This document shows, one piece after another, positions 49,830-61,945 of a stretch of 64,000 bases of DNA. Position 1 is the first letter of the stretch. Every line of letters starts with the position of its first letter. Position numbers and translations under genes: made by a program. The DNA is from Anthoceros angustus (taxonomy: Eukaryota; Plantae; Anthocerotophyta): NCBI GenBank assembly GCA_010909165.1, contig VJWM01000296.1, forward strand, positions 1 through 64,000. The letters run 5' to 3'. Below the pieces are notes generated by a model, which did no database searches, was not told the origin of the DNA, and worked only from the letters and a program-made list of their open reading frames with translations.

Positions 49830-50774
49830 AGTGCCCCGCCTATTGTAGCCTACGAGAGGAGGTGGGAATCAAAGTTAGCTAATGGGGCCTGGCCTGGCCT
49901 GGCCCTGCAGGTGCACTAGTGGTGCCCGCATATCATCACAGTGTTGACAGCGTGAGTGCACAGTGCCGCTCGTTGGGCCGACCATGGGGATTCCATTCCG
50001 AACTAATTTGGGCTTGCATGATGTTGTGTAGCTAATGGCGGTGCACCACAAGAGCCGCTTTCGCTGTCACAGGCTCCCGACTGGACCAGGTGCTGGATGC
50101 GGGACCACAGCAAAAGCTTGGGAGGTAGCCTTGAGCTTGTCAAGGACGGGGCATGCAGGCAGTGTGGCCACTGCGTGGAGCAGCAGCAGCAGGAGGCCCT
50201 GCCTGGGTCGGGATCCCGGGAGCCTCAGGAGAGATTCCTGGTGCAGAAGCAAGCAGTGGGCAATTCAAGGGGCGTGCGCTTCGCCTCGCCTCGCCTCGCC
50301 TCGCCTCGCCCTCTCATGGCCTGCGCTGCTGCCCGCACCTGCATGTACATACGGCACCTGTTTGTTAGCCTGCCAGACGGAGTGAGTGTGCCTGACGTCT
50401 GCTTCACTCCTTTTCCCCGACTCGGATTCCGGATCCCCGATCCCCGACTTCCACGCCTGCCCGCCTCCCGTGATGCCACCAAAACAGTGCGCCACTAAGC
50501 CGTCGCCAACACGCCAATCGGACTACCGGCTTCTCCCTTCGACGTTACATTTCACGGACTTGGGAAATAGGTGCTCGTCATAGAAAGAATGTTCGCGACA
50601 CAACAACCACTGGGGCACGCCACTCAAGGCCGCCACAACTGCATTTCTCATGCCCACGACTCTACGGCTACCGCTTTACCTATGTACTGGGGTCCAGGCC
50701 GCTCATATATGTATGTGACTATGTGCTGAATGTCTCCTGCCACTCGCAAAGACAAAGTCCCACATTCGTGCCTT

Positions 50775-53700
50775 TCACTCGTACGGATTACGGAATTTCT
50801 TGAGCAAGTTCGGAATATCATGACCCAGCATGTCATCCACTGCCTGAATCATCTTGGGACGTATTTTCTCAAACTTGTCGATGCTGTAACCCGATAACCT
50901 GTCTCGGAAATGGTCCACGTTTGGAAAATCCCCAGCGGGTAGATGGTACTCTCGTTGTACCTGCTCTCGTCGAGATTCAACATGTAACTTCAGTGCCCCA
51001 CGTATTTGGCAAGACACATAAATGGCTGAGGGGTGGTCCAAAATCCATACCTTGGCAAACTCAAGATCCAAATCATCGATAAGTCGTTGTTGTGCTTTGT
51101 TTTTCCCCATCATCGCAGGCATCTCTCTTTTCAGGTGGCTGATGATGTAAGCATGAATTTTGGCAGCTCGAGCACGTTTCACAAACTCATTAATCTGTAC
51201 AGCAACCACGCAATGGTTTGAAAAATCGCAACACTTAACTGCCATCAAACAGCATCTGTCCTGACACAAGTCATTCTTACACGTCGGTCACAGGCTTTTC
51301 TCGGGATGTCCTTCAAGTCTGCCAAGAGGTCGTTTTGTTCCCTCTCAAAAAGCTCCTTGCCAATCGGACCCATGGCATTTTCATTGATAGCCTTGTCGTT
51401 GAATGACCTGCAAATTAGCAAATTGTAAGAACCACTAGTTCAATCGTCACTTACAGCAGGAGGGATCAACCGTTGCTTACCCAATGTACACTCGCATGAC
51501 CTCAGGAGTATTAAGGACCTTCCCGAGAGACCACATCAAAGCTCCATACACCCGCATAAGCTGTCCCGCACAACACACACATGATGAGGAAAGCCTCTCT
51601 CGTGAGGAATCACACCCTCTTCTTCTTCAGAAGCTCACCTGCTGTGTATCAACTTGATCAGCCTTGTTCAGGACAACCCGGATTTTGTCATCATGCCCTC
51701 GTAACGACCCAATCACGCGCTTGAATTCATCACTGATGTCCAGCTTATGCGGGTCAAAAAGAAGCAAGATCATGTCACACTTGGCTGCAAACCATTCAGT
51801 GACACCAGTGAAATCGTAGCTCCGTTGAGTGCGCTGCTTCTCTCCGGATAACACACCTGGTGTGTCCACAAAGGAAATGTGCTCCAAAAGCTGCAAAGCA
51901 CATCCCAACAACATCCAACGTGAAGAACATCAGAAGACTCACTCACGCAGCAAACGAACACTCTCAAAGCACAATTCAGTCACATCAGCTCTCAGATCAC
52001 AATTCAACTCATCAACTCACCGAATGTGGCATCTGTGAGCACTCAAACTTCGACAGGAAAGCAGTTCCGAATCTTGTCAGCCCACTGAAGGGCATATCCG
52101 CTTGTACTGCTATAGTATTCCCTGGAACATTTCTTTCATCTGTGCCACCCTGCCAGGCAAAAAGGAGTCATAACAGAACACAGTTAAGCTTAATAGAGTT
52201 TGAACGAGATTGAAGATGAATGGCAACACACATACCATCACAACTACAAATCGATCTGTTGTGGGTTCTGGCCCAATGTGAGCTCCTACACATGGAAGAG
52301 CAACACTTTAGAATATCCATACAGATTACAATGAAACAAAAAATGCTTTGGAGATCATAAGAGAAACCTTGTAAAACAAACAGAAGGAGTAACATGGGCA
52401 CCTCGGTCTTACCTGGATAGCTAGTTCTCAAAAGATGTTTAATAAACGTGGTCTTCCCAGTGGAATATTGCCCAAGCAACATAACCATGGGTTTTGCATC
52501 AAAATCACTCTCCGTCTGCAGAGACCGATGAAGATCAGTGATTTAAACAAGTGTGACGAGCAAACAAAGATCAAACACACCCTGTGCATCATGGATTTGC
52601 AATGGCAAAACAATAGCTGAGAAAGCTTACCAATATAGGGGACACAAAGTCATTGAATCTGTAGGTCACCTCCAAAGGCTTAAGTTTCTCTAGATACAAC
52701 TTCTTCAGCCCATCAATCACCGAGGTTACTGATGCTTTGGACAACTCCTGCAACTTGCCCTCATCAGACATAAAAGGAGTCCACCACAGAAAAAATTTGA
52801 TATGTGCAGCTTTGGACCTCTGCGGAAAAGACTAGGAATTGAGTTGCAGCAGTTCGTAACAGCATACCTTCCGTGGGGTTTTTTGTGAAAACCATTGCGC
52901 AGTCTGTGATTGCTGCGGAGGACTGCCTGCCATCAAATTCCCCTCACTACCTTAACAACTGCAACATCGAAACAAAAGTCCTTCCCTGTTTGCAAAACAA
53001 GCCCAATGCTCTTTGAGCAAGGCGGGATAGGCAAAACAGACTAACCATTGGCATACCCTGCTTCCACTGGTGGGGACTGAAAATGGCCAAAGAAGGAATC
53101 AGGTAACACACTACAGCAATCTCAGTGAAGACCTTGACCAAATCATAGAAAACACCCCTGGCTCTGCATCTGTGCTCTCGCTTGAGGCATACTCACATTC
53201 AGCAACTCGTCGAGTCCATTAAAAACTGGGGGGCTTATCTCTGACAGATCTGATACAGACAATACAAGGTCAGAAAAAGGAGTCCCACTTTCGTTAAATT
53301 TAAGAGGTAGTCCATCTTCCAGAGATTGTGAGCTGAGATTTACCACGCCTCTTGAGGATATCAGCACTGATCTCGTTACCTGTTTGTGCAAGAGAAATAA
53401 TCTGCACGGCCATTTGGTGTCAGGCCTAGGCCATGGATATTAGAGGCACGCTTTACCATAAAATGGCTTCGAGCTTCAACACACACAATGCAGAAAAGTT
53501 TCTTGCATTTCACTGCCAGCTTAGTCTGTGGAGACAGATCCAAGGACAAACCTGCATTGCAGTGACAAACTCTTTGAAGCCCAAGAATCCCTGCCGCTTT
53601 GAGTCTGCAACTGCCCACACCTAGAAGCACAGGGATTAGCACCACTTGTCACCACTACCACTAAAAGACCCACAGCTCCAGAGACTGCCAGCGATCAAAA

Positions 53701-54227
53701 GCTGTGCAGGCACTAAAACACTGACCAGTAGGCCTTGTCGAGAAGAGTACCTGCTTGAGGTCGTTCCTCGAAAGCTCGGATAGAGAAAAAAATTTGACAG
53801 CATCTTGACCTGTGATCCGCCCATCGCCGTCTGCTCGCAAGAAAAAAGCAGTTCAATCAGTGCCCGGGCACGAATACACTCGCGATCCAACACCCAACGG
53901 CGAGTCTTATTTGGTCCAGATCGAGCAGTGGCAGCAGTGAATGGTTCATAGCACAATCAACAGAGCGGCTACAAATTACGACTGGGATCGCCTCCATCAT
54001 CAGCCAGCTCCAGTAAGCTGAGCGCGGCTGGTTGCTGCAGGGAGCGATGAGAACGCAAGAAGCTGGTATCACGCTGAGGTTAAAGAACGCTCATGCCATT
54101 TGAGCCAAGATTGGTGAATTCCGAACACGACAGACAGCGCACCTGCGTCCGCGTAGTCGAACCAACGCCTGTAGAGCTGCTCATCCTGCTTGGCGTAATT
54201 GCCGGACTTGAACTCGAGGATGTCCAT
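50775..54227 (-). CDS. EHD1: EH-domain-containing protein (plant EHD1 type), many exons
   Basis: [17 protein letters not shown]|DGDGRITG (EH domain), [27 protein letters not shown] (P-loop), [21 protein letters not shown] and KKFRNPYE*. Confidence 0.96.
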
Positions 54228-54839
54228 GTCGAGGCAGCTGGGAAGGCAATCCGGAAGCAGAGGATCACAGTGAAAAGTAACAACCGGAGAGCGTGCGCGA
54301 CGCAGCTCTGATTCGAGTGCGAACCGGTGCTTCTGCCTCCATCCAGAAGACTCAAATGTTCGGCGGGTTCGGCGGGAAAGACGAGCTGGGCAGGAGGGGG
54401 AGAGTAGGAACCGCGGAGATACTGTACAGGAAGGGAAGAAATGCAGACCGATGTTAACCGCGTCCGCGTTCGAACCACAGGCTGCAGCGAATCAGATGGC
54501 GCCACCCCGAGATCAATACGTACCGACTGCGCACTGATGATGGGGACGGGCCTGCTGGCCTCACAGGAAATTGAAAGACAAAAAGGAGAAGGGGGTGAGT
54601 TTCCCTTTGAATCGCACGACGGCATGCAAGCATGCGTCACATGTGCACAGAGAATAAAGTTCGTGAATATACAAATCAAGTCTCTTTCCCAAGAAGCTAA
54701 AGGAATGATAACGAAGGGATGGTTGCTGTCCACCTTACAGGAAAACAACCATCCCTTACTACACCGTGTTCTAACAACCAGCCAAGACGAGACAGACAGA
54801 CCGACGGCTGTTTCCATCGTCCGCCGCCCAAAGGGCCCT

Positions 54840-57800
54840 AGATAACCGTCCCGTCCTTGATGATGGAGTTCTTCAGGATCACCGCGATGCCTGAGCGGAT
54901 GTAGAAACCCTCCGATGGCCTTTCGGCTTCCAATACATTCTGGACGACAAGCGACCAACAAGGGGTCACTCATAACTCAGTGTACTACCAGCTACATTCC
55001 AGGATTGTGGGGCACTAGGCACTTACATCCGTGTTGGCGATCACCACGTCTCTGCCGATTCTTGCGTTCTTGTCGATTATAGCATTGCTGCACGAAATTC
55101 ACAACGGCAGGCTCACACACACTGGCCATCCGAAATACAAATGCAACCATGCACTGTTGGGCCAGTACAACACCTGATTTTGCTGTTCTCGCCGATCCCT
55201 ATTGGCACTTTGCCTTCAGCAATAAGGGCAGCCCTCTCTACGTCCGTTTCGTAGAAGTCTGCTCCCAGCATCAGAGTGTCCTGGACAAGCCCCAAACGAC
55301 AGCTGAATGAAACCATCGAGTAGATCGAGTATCATGCCCCGAAGCTAAGTGCAGAACACACCTTCAATTCAACACCGTTTTCCAATCGGGATCGGACCCC
55401 TACGATGGAGTGAACAACGCTACACTCCCGCAAAAAGCACCCATGTGACACGATGGAGTCCTGGATCTGAGATGAGCAACCAATGACTATTAGCATTTTG
55501 TCACGATCCACATACTTCTCCCTCTCGCTGCAGGCCATCAAACTTACCCTGCACCTCTCAACCTTTGTTGGTGGGAGATACCGGGGTGATGTGAAGATGG
55601 GCTTGTTTGCGTCATAGAAGCTGAACTTCGGGGGCTGTAGTAACAGGTATACCATGAGGGACAGATTAACCAAACTAAGTCATGGACCCAGCCAGCATTG
55701 TGGACAATTAGCAAATAGCCAGTATCTTAACGTACCTGCGCAGTCAAAGCTAGATTGGCATCGTAGAAAGACCTAATTGTCCCAATGTCTTCCCAATAGT
55801 CATCAAATAAATACGCCTGCAGAAGGCCAGTCATGCTTTCACTAAACGGTCCAACCGTATGCAGATAATTGGGTACTTCAAATCAACTTTCACTTACCTG
55901 TACATTGAACTCCTTCGCAGATGCAGGGATAATCTCAGAACCAAAATCATTCGCTAAGGGATATCGCCATCTGCAAATTCCATGGCACAGAAGTTTTACA
56001 GAGGGTGTACAAACGACACATACCTTACGCTCGGCCAAGAGTAGGAATCCCAAGACACTTTCGAGCAGTAAGGACTTCCTTCTAATCCAAGTTCATACGG
56101 TACCTCAACAGCTTGAGAAGGATGTCCTTCTTGAAGACATAAATACCCATAGAAGCAATGTAAGGCTTTTTCTTGGCATCTTCTGCAGATAGACCTAGGA
56201 CGGTCGTGTCGACTTGCTGGTGGGGTACACCAATACACCCCATCAGTGCCTGAACGTGACAGCACATGGCCACAAGCATAGAGTATACGATAATCAGTCC
56301 GTACCATAGCTCTTAGATCAGCTCCCTTCGGTTTCTCACTGAAGGACAATATTTGCCCCTTGTCGTCAATCTTCATCAGGCCAAAGTCGGAGGCCCGACT
56401 GCCAAAACAACATGACCACAAAATGTCCCGTTACTAGAATGTACAAGGTAATTCACATAGCAGTACCAACCATCCACAGCGAGGAACTCCATGCTTCTCC
56501 TCGCTGCATACCTGTCATCCATGGGGACACACGAGATGGTGATATCTGCACCACTGTCTTTATGTTTCTGCACATTCATTTGCATATTGCACTATGAGTG
56601 TCGTCATTTGGAGTACCAAACCATATCCACTGACCCATAAAAAAAAAGAACTATAACAACAATCACAGGGAAAAGGTCTATAAGGGACCTGCACAAAATC
56701 CATGTAGTCCATGCGGTACAGATGATCTCCAGAGAGAATCAACACATTTTCAATCTGCTTGTTCTTTGCATCCTGAGAAACAAAAGTTCAACCTCAATGC
56801 TCGGAAAAGTGATGTATACAGTTACGGTCTGGAGTGTCCCAGCGTTAGCCCTATATCGGAGTCAAATCCCACCATCCCAGTCAGTGCCCACATGTCTGCC
56901 CGCCGACCCACCCACCTATTCCTGACACACTCCCAAACGCACCTCAAACAACCACAAGTACTGCCGCACAGCATCAGCAGTCCCCTGAAACCATTCCATG
57001 CCACCTTCCCCAGGTGTCTGGGTGGCCGCCAAAACCTGCTCGAGGCAAGAACAGACACATGACAAAACTGAATTCAGTCAAATTCTTACGATTAACACAC
57101 CTCAAATACCCACAGAAATTGCCGCACAGCATCAGCTGTCCCCAGAAACCAATTCATCCCTGTTTCACCTGTTGTTTGGGTGGCTGCCAAGACCTGCTAA
57201 ACGACAAGCTTGTTATTTACACATAATCACAATAGTGGTGTTGGAGGGGCAGGGGCAAAACACTACTAGAGTGTTGCAAGCTAAAGGGAGACTGTGTGGG
57301 ATATCCAAGGCCCACTGTTACCTATCTACGCCAAACATGAAATGGGTAAAGAGTGCCAGTAACAGCTCACCTCCACAAACCCGTCCCCGAAGTTTACACC
57401 GTTACCAAAGTTGTAGGTGCGAGCAAGGTGCCGATTAAGCGAGGCTGAGTTAAACTGTGTCAGAATGAACACTTTGTTGATCCCACTGTTGATACAATTG
57501 CTCATGGGGACATCAATGAGCCTGTAATTGCCACCAATTGGTACCTGCAGCACACATTGGTATCAGCATGAGCTCACTGTCTACTGTAAAAGGCAATACC
57601 CTCCTCCATGCTGCATTCAAGCTAAAGTCTTGAGGCTGCACTATCTGGCTTCGCACTTTAATAAGGCAGCCGCAGACCTAGTATCCAGTTGCCAGACAAA
57701 AATCCATTTGAAGATATCAGACGAAGATGGTGCAGCAGGCATAGAGCTTCTAGAAAAACGGGGCTTACAGCAGGTTTTGCTCGCCTCTTTGTAAGCGGGA

Positions 57801-59180
57801 AAAGTCTGGTTCCCGCTCCACCTCCCAAAATGACAGACACTACTGTCCTGGGGTCCACTCGGGACTGATCAACAGAAGTGGCCTGAGGAGGGCACCACAA
57901 ATTCTTGTCAGTAAACAGCATTGTAAAACAGGTGATGGAACCAACAACTGCAAACAGCTGGAGGGATCTGAAAGAGACGAGCTGAGGTCATCACGTATCA
58001 TCCCTTTGTCTAGACAGGCAACGGTAGACAGATGAAGCAAAAAGCAAACCCAGTGAGCGGAAGAGACATGCTGCCATCCAACAATGCCGTGTGGCAAGAA
58101 CACGAAAACATGGGCATAGAAAATAGGTACGCCAGCTACACTAAAAAGACCTAACTGATCATCAATCCGTGGTGAAAGCAGGTCTGAGCAGAAGTAAACA
58201 AAGTATGAACACACTTTCATATCACGGAGCTCTAAGGAAATGGTCGTTCTATCAACATAGTCCCATGAAAGCAAACAGAAGCAGGGTCCAGGTTAGTGCA
58301 GAACTCAAGAAAGCAGCTTGACACCTAGTCCCATGGGTCTACTATGTGCATGATATGAGTTTGCACCTGCAATGCAGACACAGATTACAGGTCACACAAG
58401 GCTTCGAGCCATATTGCTCACGGACTCAAAACTTCAGGCTCCAATTGTCTGTCAACACACACTATTATCACACATAGCGTAACATGACGCGGTAAGATTG
58501 AATTTCATTCAACATTTCATGTTACTTGGAAACATTAAGCTGACAGCCAGTCAAGTCCCTGCAACACGGCCATACCTTTCTATATAACACTTCAAGCATT
58601 GGGTAGAAACAGGCAGCGGCAACCGCAAGCATTGATGGAATTACCCACCAGAATCCATACTGCCAGCAAGAAACCATTGCACTAGTTTGCGCATATTCTG
58701 AGTCACCACTACAATCCCTCATCACTCGTAACTACCTGGTCGTTGTTGACATTCACTTCTTCCACACGACCAGTCAAACGACTGACGCGATTGGCCTCGT
58801 TCAGACAGACAGACAGGAACAAAAATCTTAGACAAGCAAAGCGGAATGAGGCATGTCAGCTGCGGGCTTACCACGGTCTCCTTGGCCACCAAATCCGCCA
58901 ACACGGCAGTGGCTCTGACAGCCTTGGAAGCCCTCTCCGCTCTCCTGGGCTGACCGGAGACGGCACACAGCCGGGAGCCCCCCAAAGCAGCGCTGAAAAA
59001 ACCGCCGGACACGGGGGTGCCGAAGAAGGCGGCCCGCCCCAGTCTGGTGGCAGGCAGGGAGGAGTAGGAGGTGGAGGAGGAGGGCGAGGAGGCGGAGGAG
59101 GCAGAGCCGGAGGGCGAGCAGCAGGCTGCAGGCGCGGTGGATGACATGGTAGCCAGGCCACCTGCTGCAGCGGCTGCCAT
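54840..59180 (-). CDS. APL: ADP-glucose pyrophosphorylase large subunit, plastidial, multi-exon, with a duplicated internal exon
   Basis: Ser/Ala-rich transit peptide, [23 protein letters not shown]|[41 protein letters not shown] and [19 protein letters not shown]. Confidence 0.97.
56943..57035 (-). other. AGPase alternative exon B (93 nt): [31 protein letters not shown]
   Basis: GAGCAG acceptor, GT donor, open frame, phase 0/0. Confidence 0.9.
57101..57193 (-). other. AGPase alternative exon A (93 nt): [31 protein letters not shown]
   Basis: TAGCAG acceptor, GT donor, open frame, phase 0/0. Confidence 0.85.
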
Positions 59181-59575
59181 GGCGATCTACAATGTGCGCA
59201 CAGCCGCCAGAGCTAGCACTGCGCCGGGCAGCTTCTCTGCTGCCTGCCTAACCCTGAGCCTGAAGCACAACCGCCTCGCCAGAGATTGGCGCAATCCGAG
59301 TCTCAGCCAGAGATTGGCGCGCGCGCTCTAGAGCATGCCTGCCGCAGACCCGATTCCCGGCCTGGGCGCAAGAGACCAATGCCTGATCCCGAACTGGAAT
59401 GGAGAAAATCTAGTTGCGCTTTTCGTCCCCCGCTCGGCTGCTCTCCTGCAGACAAAATGACAAGAATCCCGTGCCAGCACCCGCACAGCTTGCACGTCAA
59501 TCTCCGAATGCCAGCAGCCCTGCGCTACGTCGCTCCGACTCGGTCCGTCCCACAAAAAAGCTTGCTCCGGCCGGG

Positions 59576-59654
59576 TGTGCTGTGCTGTGCTGTGTTGTGC
59601 TGTGCTGTGCTGTGCTGTGCTTCTGTGCTCTGCTCTGCTCTGCTCTGCTCTGCT
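59576..59654. repeat. Compound (TGTGC)n(TCTGC)n microsatellite upstream of AGPase
   Basis: Read directly from the sequence. Confidence 0.95.
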
Positions 59655-60869
59655 TGCGCTGTGCGTTCCAGATGCGATGGCAGCCTGCCACAGGCTCCTA
59701 GGAGAAAGGAGGCCTAGACAGTGAGAACGAAACAGTAACGCCTTCTCTCTCCGCAATCGCCAATCGCGCGTGTCCGGTGAAAGTTTGTCAAGACGCCAGC
59801 ACCAGGATGGTATGCAGGTACGTATGGACGTCTGCGCATCATCGTCCTTTATATATTACACAAACCACACACCTCACCCAGGAACATACCATCCATGCTT
59901 GCCGGATATGTTCTGAGGGCCTGATTTCGCAATAACCTGCTGACTAGATACATACCATCCGTACTTCGATGCTGCTAATATTTACACTACCAAAAAAGCG
60001 CACATTCCCAATTAGGATCTCTACCCAAAACACTCGACTCGAGTTCTGGATTCCCAGTTGTGGCTCTTGCGTAATACGGATGGGGATGGGAGAGCTTCAT
60101 GATCTCTTTGATTTACCGGACACGCGCAACGAAATCTCGAAAATGGCATATTCTCATGGGTGTATCATAGGAAAGCGAGGGCATGGGCCGCATGGCTGTG
60201 GGGCGGACACTGAATTGGGGCCCACTTTAGTAAGGCCCAGACAGTTATCCGCCACGCGGCACATATCCACGTGGCAAGGCTGCGCAGCCCACCCCTGATT
60301 CCTGCGTGTGCCCGTGCCACAAGTGTTCATTCGCTTCATTCCTGGTCTTCGTAATCGGATCATGCCTCGGACATGGAGCCCGCCGTCGATGGTCGCAGCC
60401 CGTGCCACCACACAGCGTCCCGGACAAGTTCGCGTCTCCCGTTCGGTAGTCGCGACCTTGTCGAATTCCCATGTCTCACACAAAATTTCATCGGTTGTTT
60501 TCCATCGGTATATAGGTCCAAGCAAGCGCGAAGAACGCGTGCCTTTCCGCCTAGGATTGTTTATGACCTTGCACAACAAGACACAACAGGGAGTACAAGA
60601 CACAACAGGGAGTACAACACTCCCAACAAGCTTGACCTGCCTACCAACCCGCTGTGGACAGTTTCATAGTAACTGGAGTTCTACACAGGAGCAAGCTTCA
60701 AGAGTGGAAGAAGATGCAATGCAGCACTAGGGCCCTTCCTCCGCTGCCCTAATTTTGTCGAGTCAACAGTAAAATAAAATGAGCTCCAGAGGAAAAGCCC
60801 TTTTAAATGGACTGCATGCGGCAGATGCAGACGATGTTTGGGCTAGCCCTGGGAGCTGCGGAGAAAACC

Positions 60870-61673
60870 TCACGTCTTCTTCTTGATGATCCGGTCTTCA
60901 GGTATCTCCTGAGGCACAGGGCCGAACCTGGCAGGGGGCCAGATCACATGGGTCACTCTCCCATGCATCAAGGCGAGCGGGATCTGCAGAGGCACGTGCT
61001 CTGTGTGAGTACGTAGCCGACGGGTGCTCTGGGCACACAGCCTTGGAGGGACAGACGGGGTGGTTGGAGGGACTCACAGGACCGAAGGCTCTCGAGTCAA
61101 AGCTCACTTCGGCGTTGTCACCCTCCACCCAGCAGTGGCCCTTGGGGACCTGGAGGATATCGTAGGAGCCGGGCACGGTGACCCAGTCGCCCTGCAAGGC
61201 AATCAGCCTCTTCACCATGAGAATGCTAGGTTCGCCCGGGGACCTGCCATTTGAACGCCACCACCAGGTTCCCGCTCAGAACGAGCTGTAGCAGGCAGGG
61301 ATCACAGGCGACAACATCAGAACGAGCCCTAATTCCGCGTCAACGGCAGCAGTCAGGGCTTGCTTCCTCGCAAGCACTGCACACGAAAGCAAAGCAAAGC
61401 CAAGCCAAGCCAATCACGGCACACATCCGGATACCTGAAGGCAACCACGTCTCCCCGCGAGAAGCTGTACCCCCGCAAGCACAGCCTCTCCAGCAGCACA
61501 ACGTCGGACTCGAACCTCCCGAACGGGCCGTGGCTCCCGGGATGCAGCGTCGGCTCCATGGACCGCCCGCTCATGGTGGCCACAGTCCCGAACCTGTCGG
61601 AGATGGTGAGCCCGATCACCACGCCCCCCATCACCCGCTTCATCGTGAGCCACAGCAGCTGCCCGACTCCCAT
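60870..61673 (-). CDS. IMP2: Mitochondrial inner membrane protease subunit 2 (S26 peptidase), 3 exons
   Basis: GRSMEPTL (catalytic Ser), RGDVVAFR|SP..MVKRLIAL.GDWV (catalytic Lys), VPKGHCWVEGDN..DSRAFGP|IPLGL..WPP. Confidence 0.94.
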
Positions 61674-61945
61674 CCCGCCGGCGCGCCAGCGGCAACAACC
61701 TTTCCAGATCTGAACTTGCGCTATAACCCGCTCCTCCCGGAGAGCATTAGGGCGCCTTGCGCGTGTGAATTAGGGCAAACAACCTTGAGGATAATGCGCC
61801 GGAGTTAGGTGAACCAATAGAGTCGCTCGCTGGCGCCTTCCCAGGGCCTCCCACAAGGAAATGATTCTTCGCCGAGGACCAGCACGGGGAGAAGGAGCTA
61901 CGGACAAGCGGCAGCCATGGCCGCTCCCGAGGGCATTCTCGCATC

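Noticed and set aside
50961-51050. Stop-free introns with lengths divisible by 3 (EHD1 90 nt; AGPase 55467-55547, 81 nt; ASA 63811-63897, 87 nt; DUF1838-like 37285-37356, 72 nt) as possible exitrons
   Set aside because: A rough estimate for short, moderately GC-rich introns gives about this many by chance among the several dozen introns in the window, so there is no sign of enrichment.
54080-54973. 297-aa minus-strand ORF bridging AGPase and EHD1
   Set aside because: It runs through the AGPase last exon and EHD1 first exon in alternative frames plus UTR sequence, and has no motifs.
59969-60730. Overlapping 75-149 aa ORFs between AGPase and IMP2
   Set aside because: No recognisable motifs or splice structure; treated as intergenic or 3' UTR.
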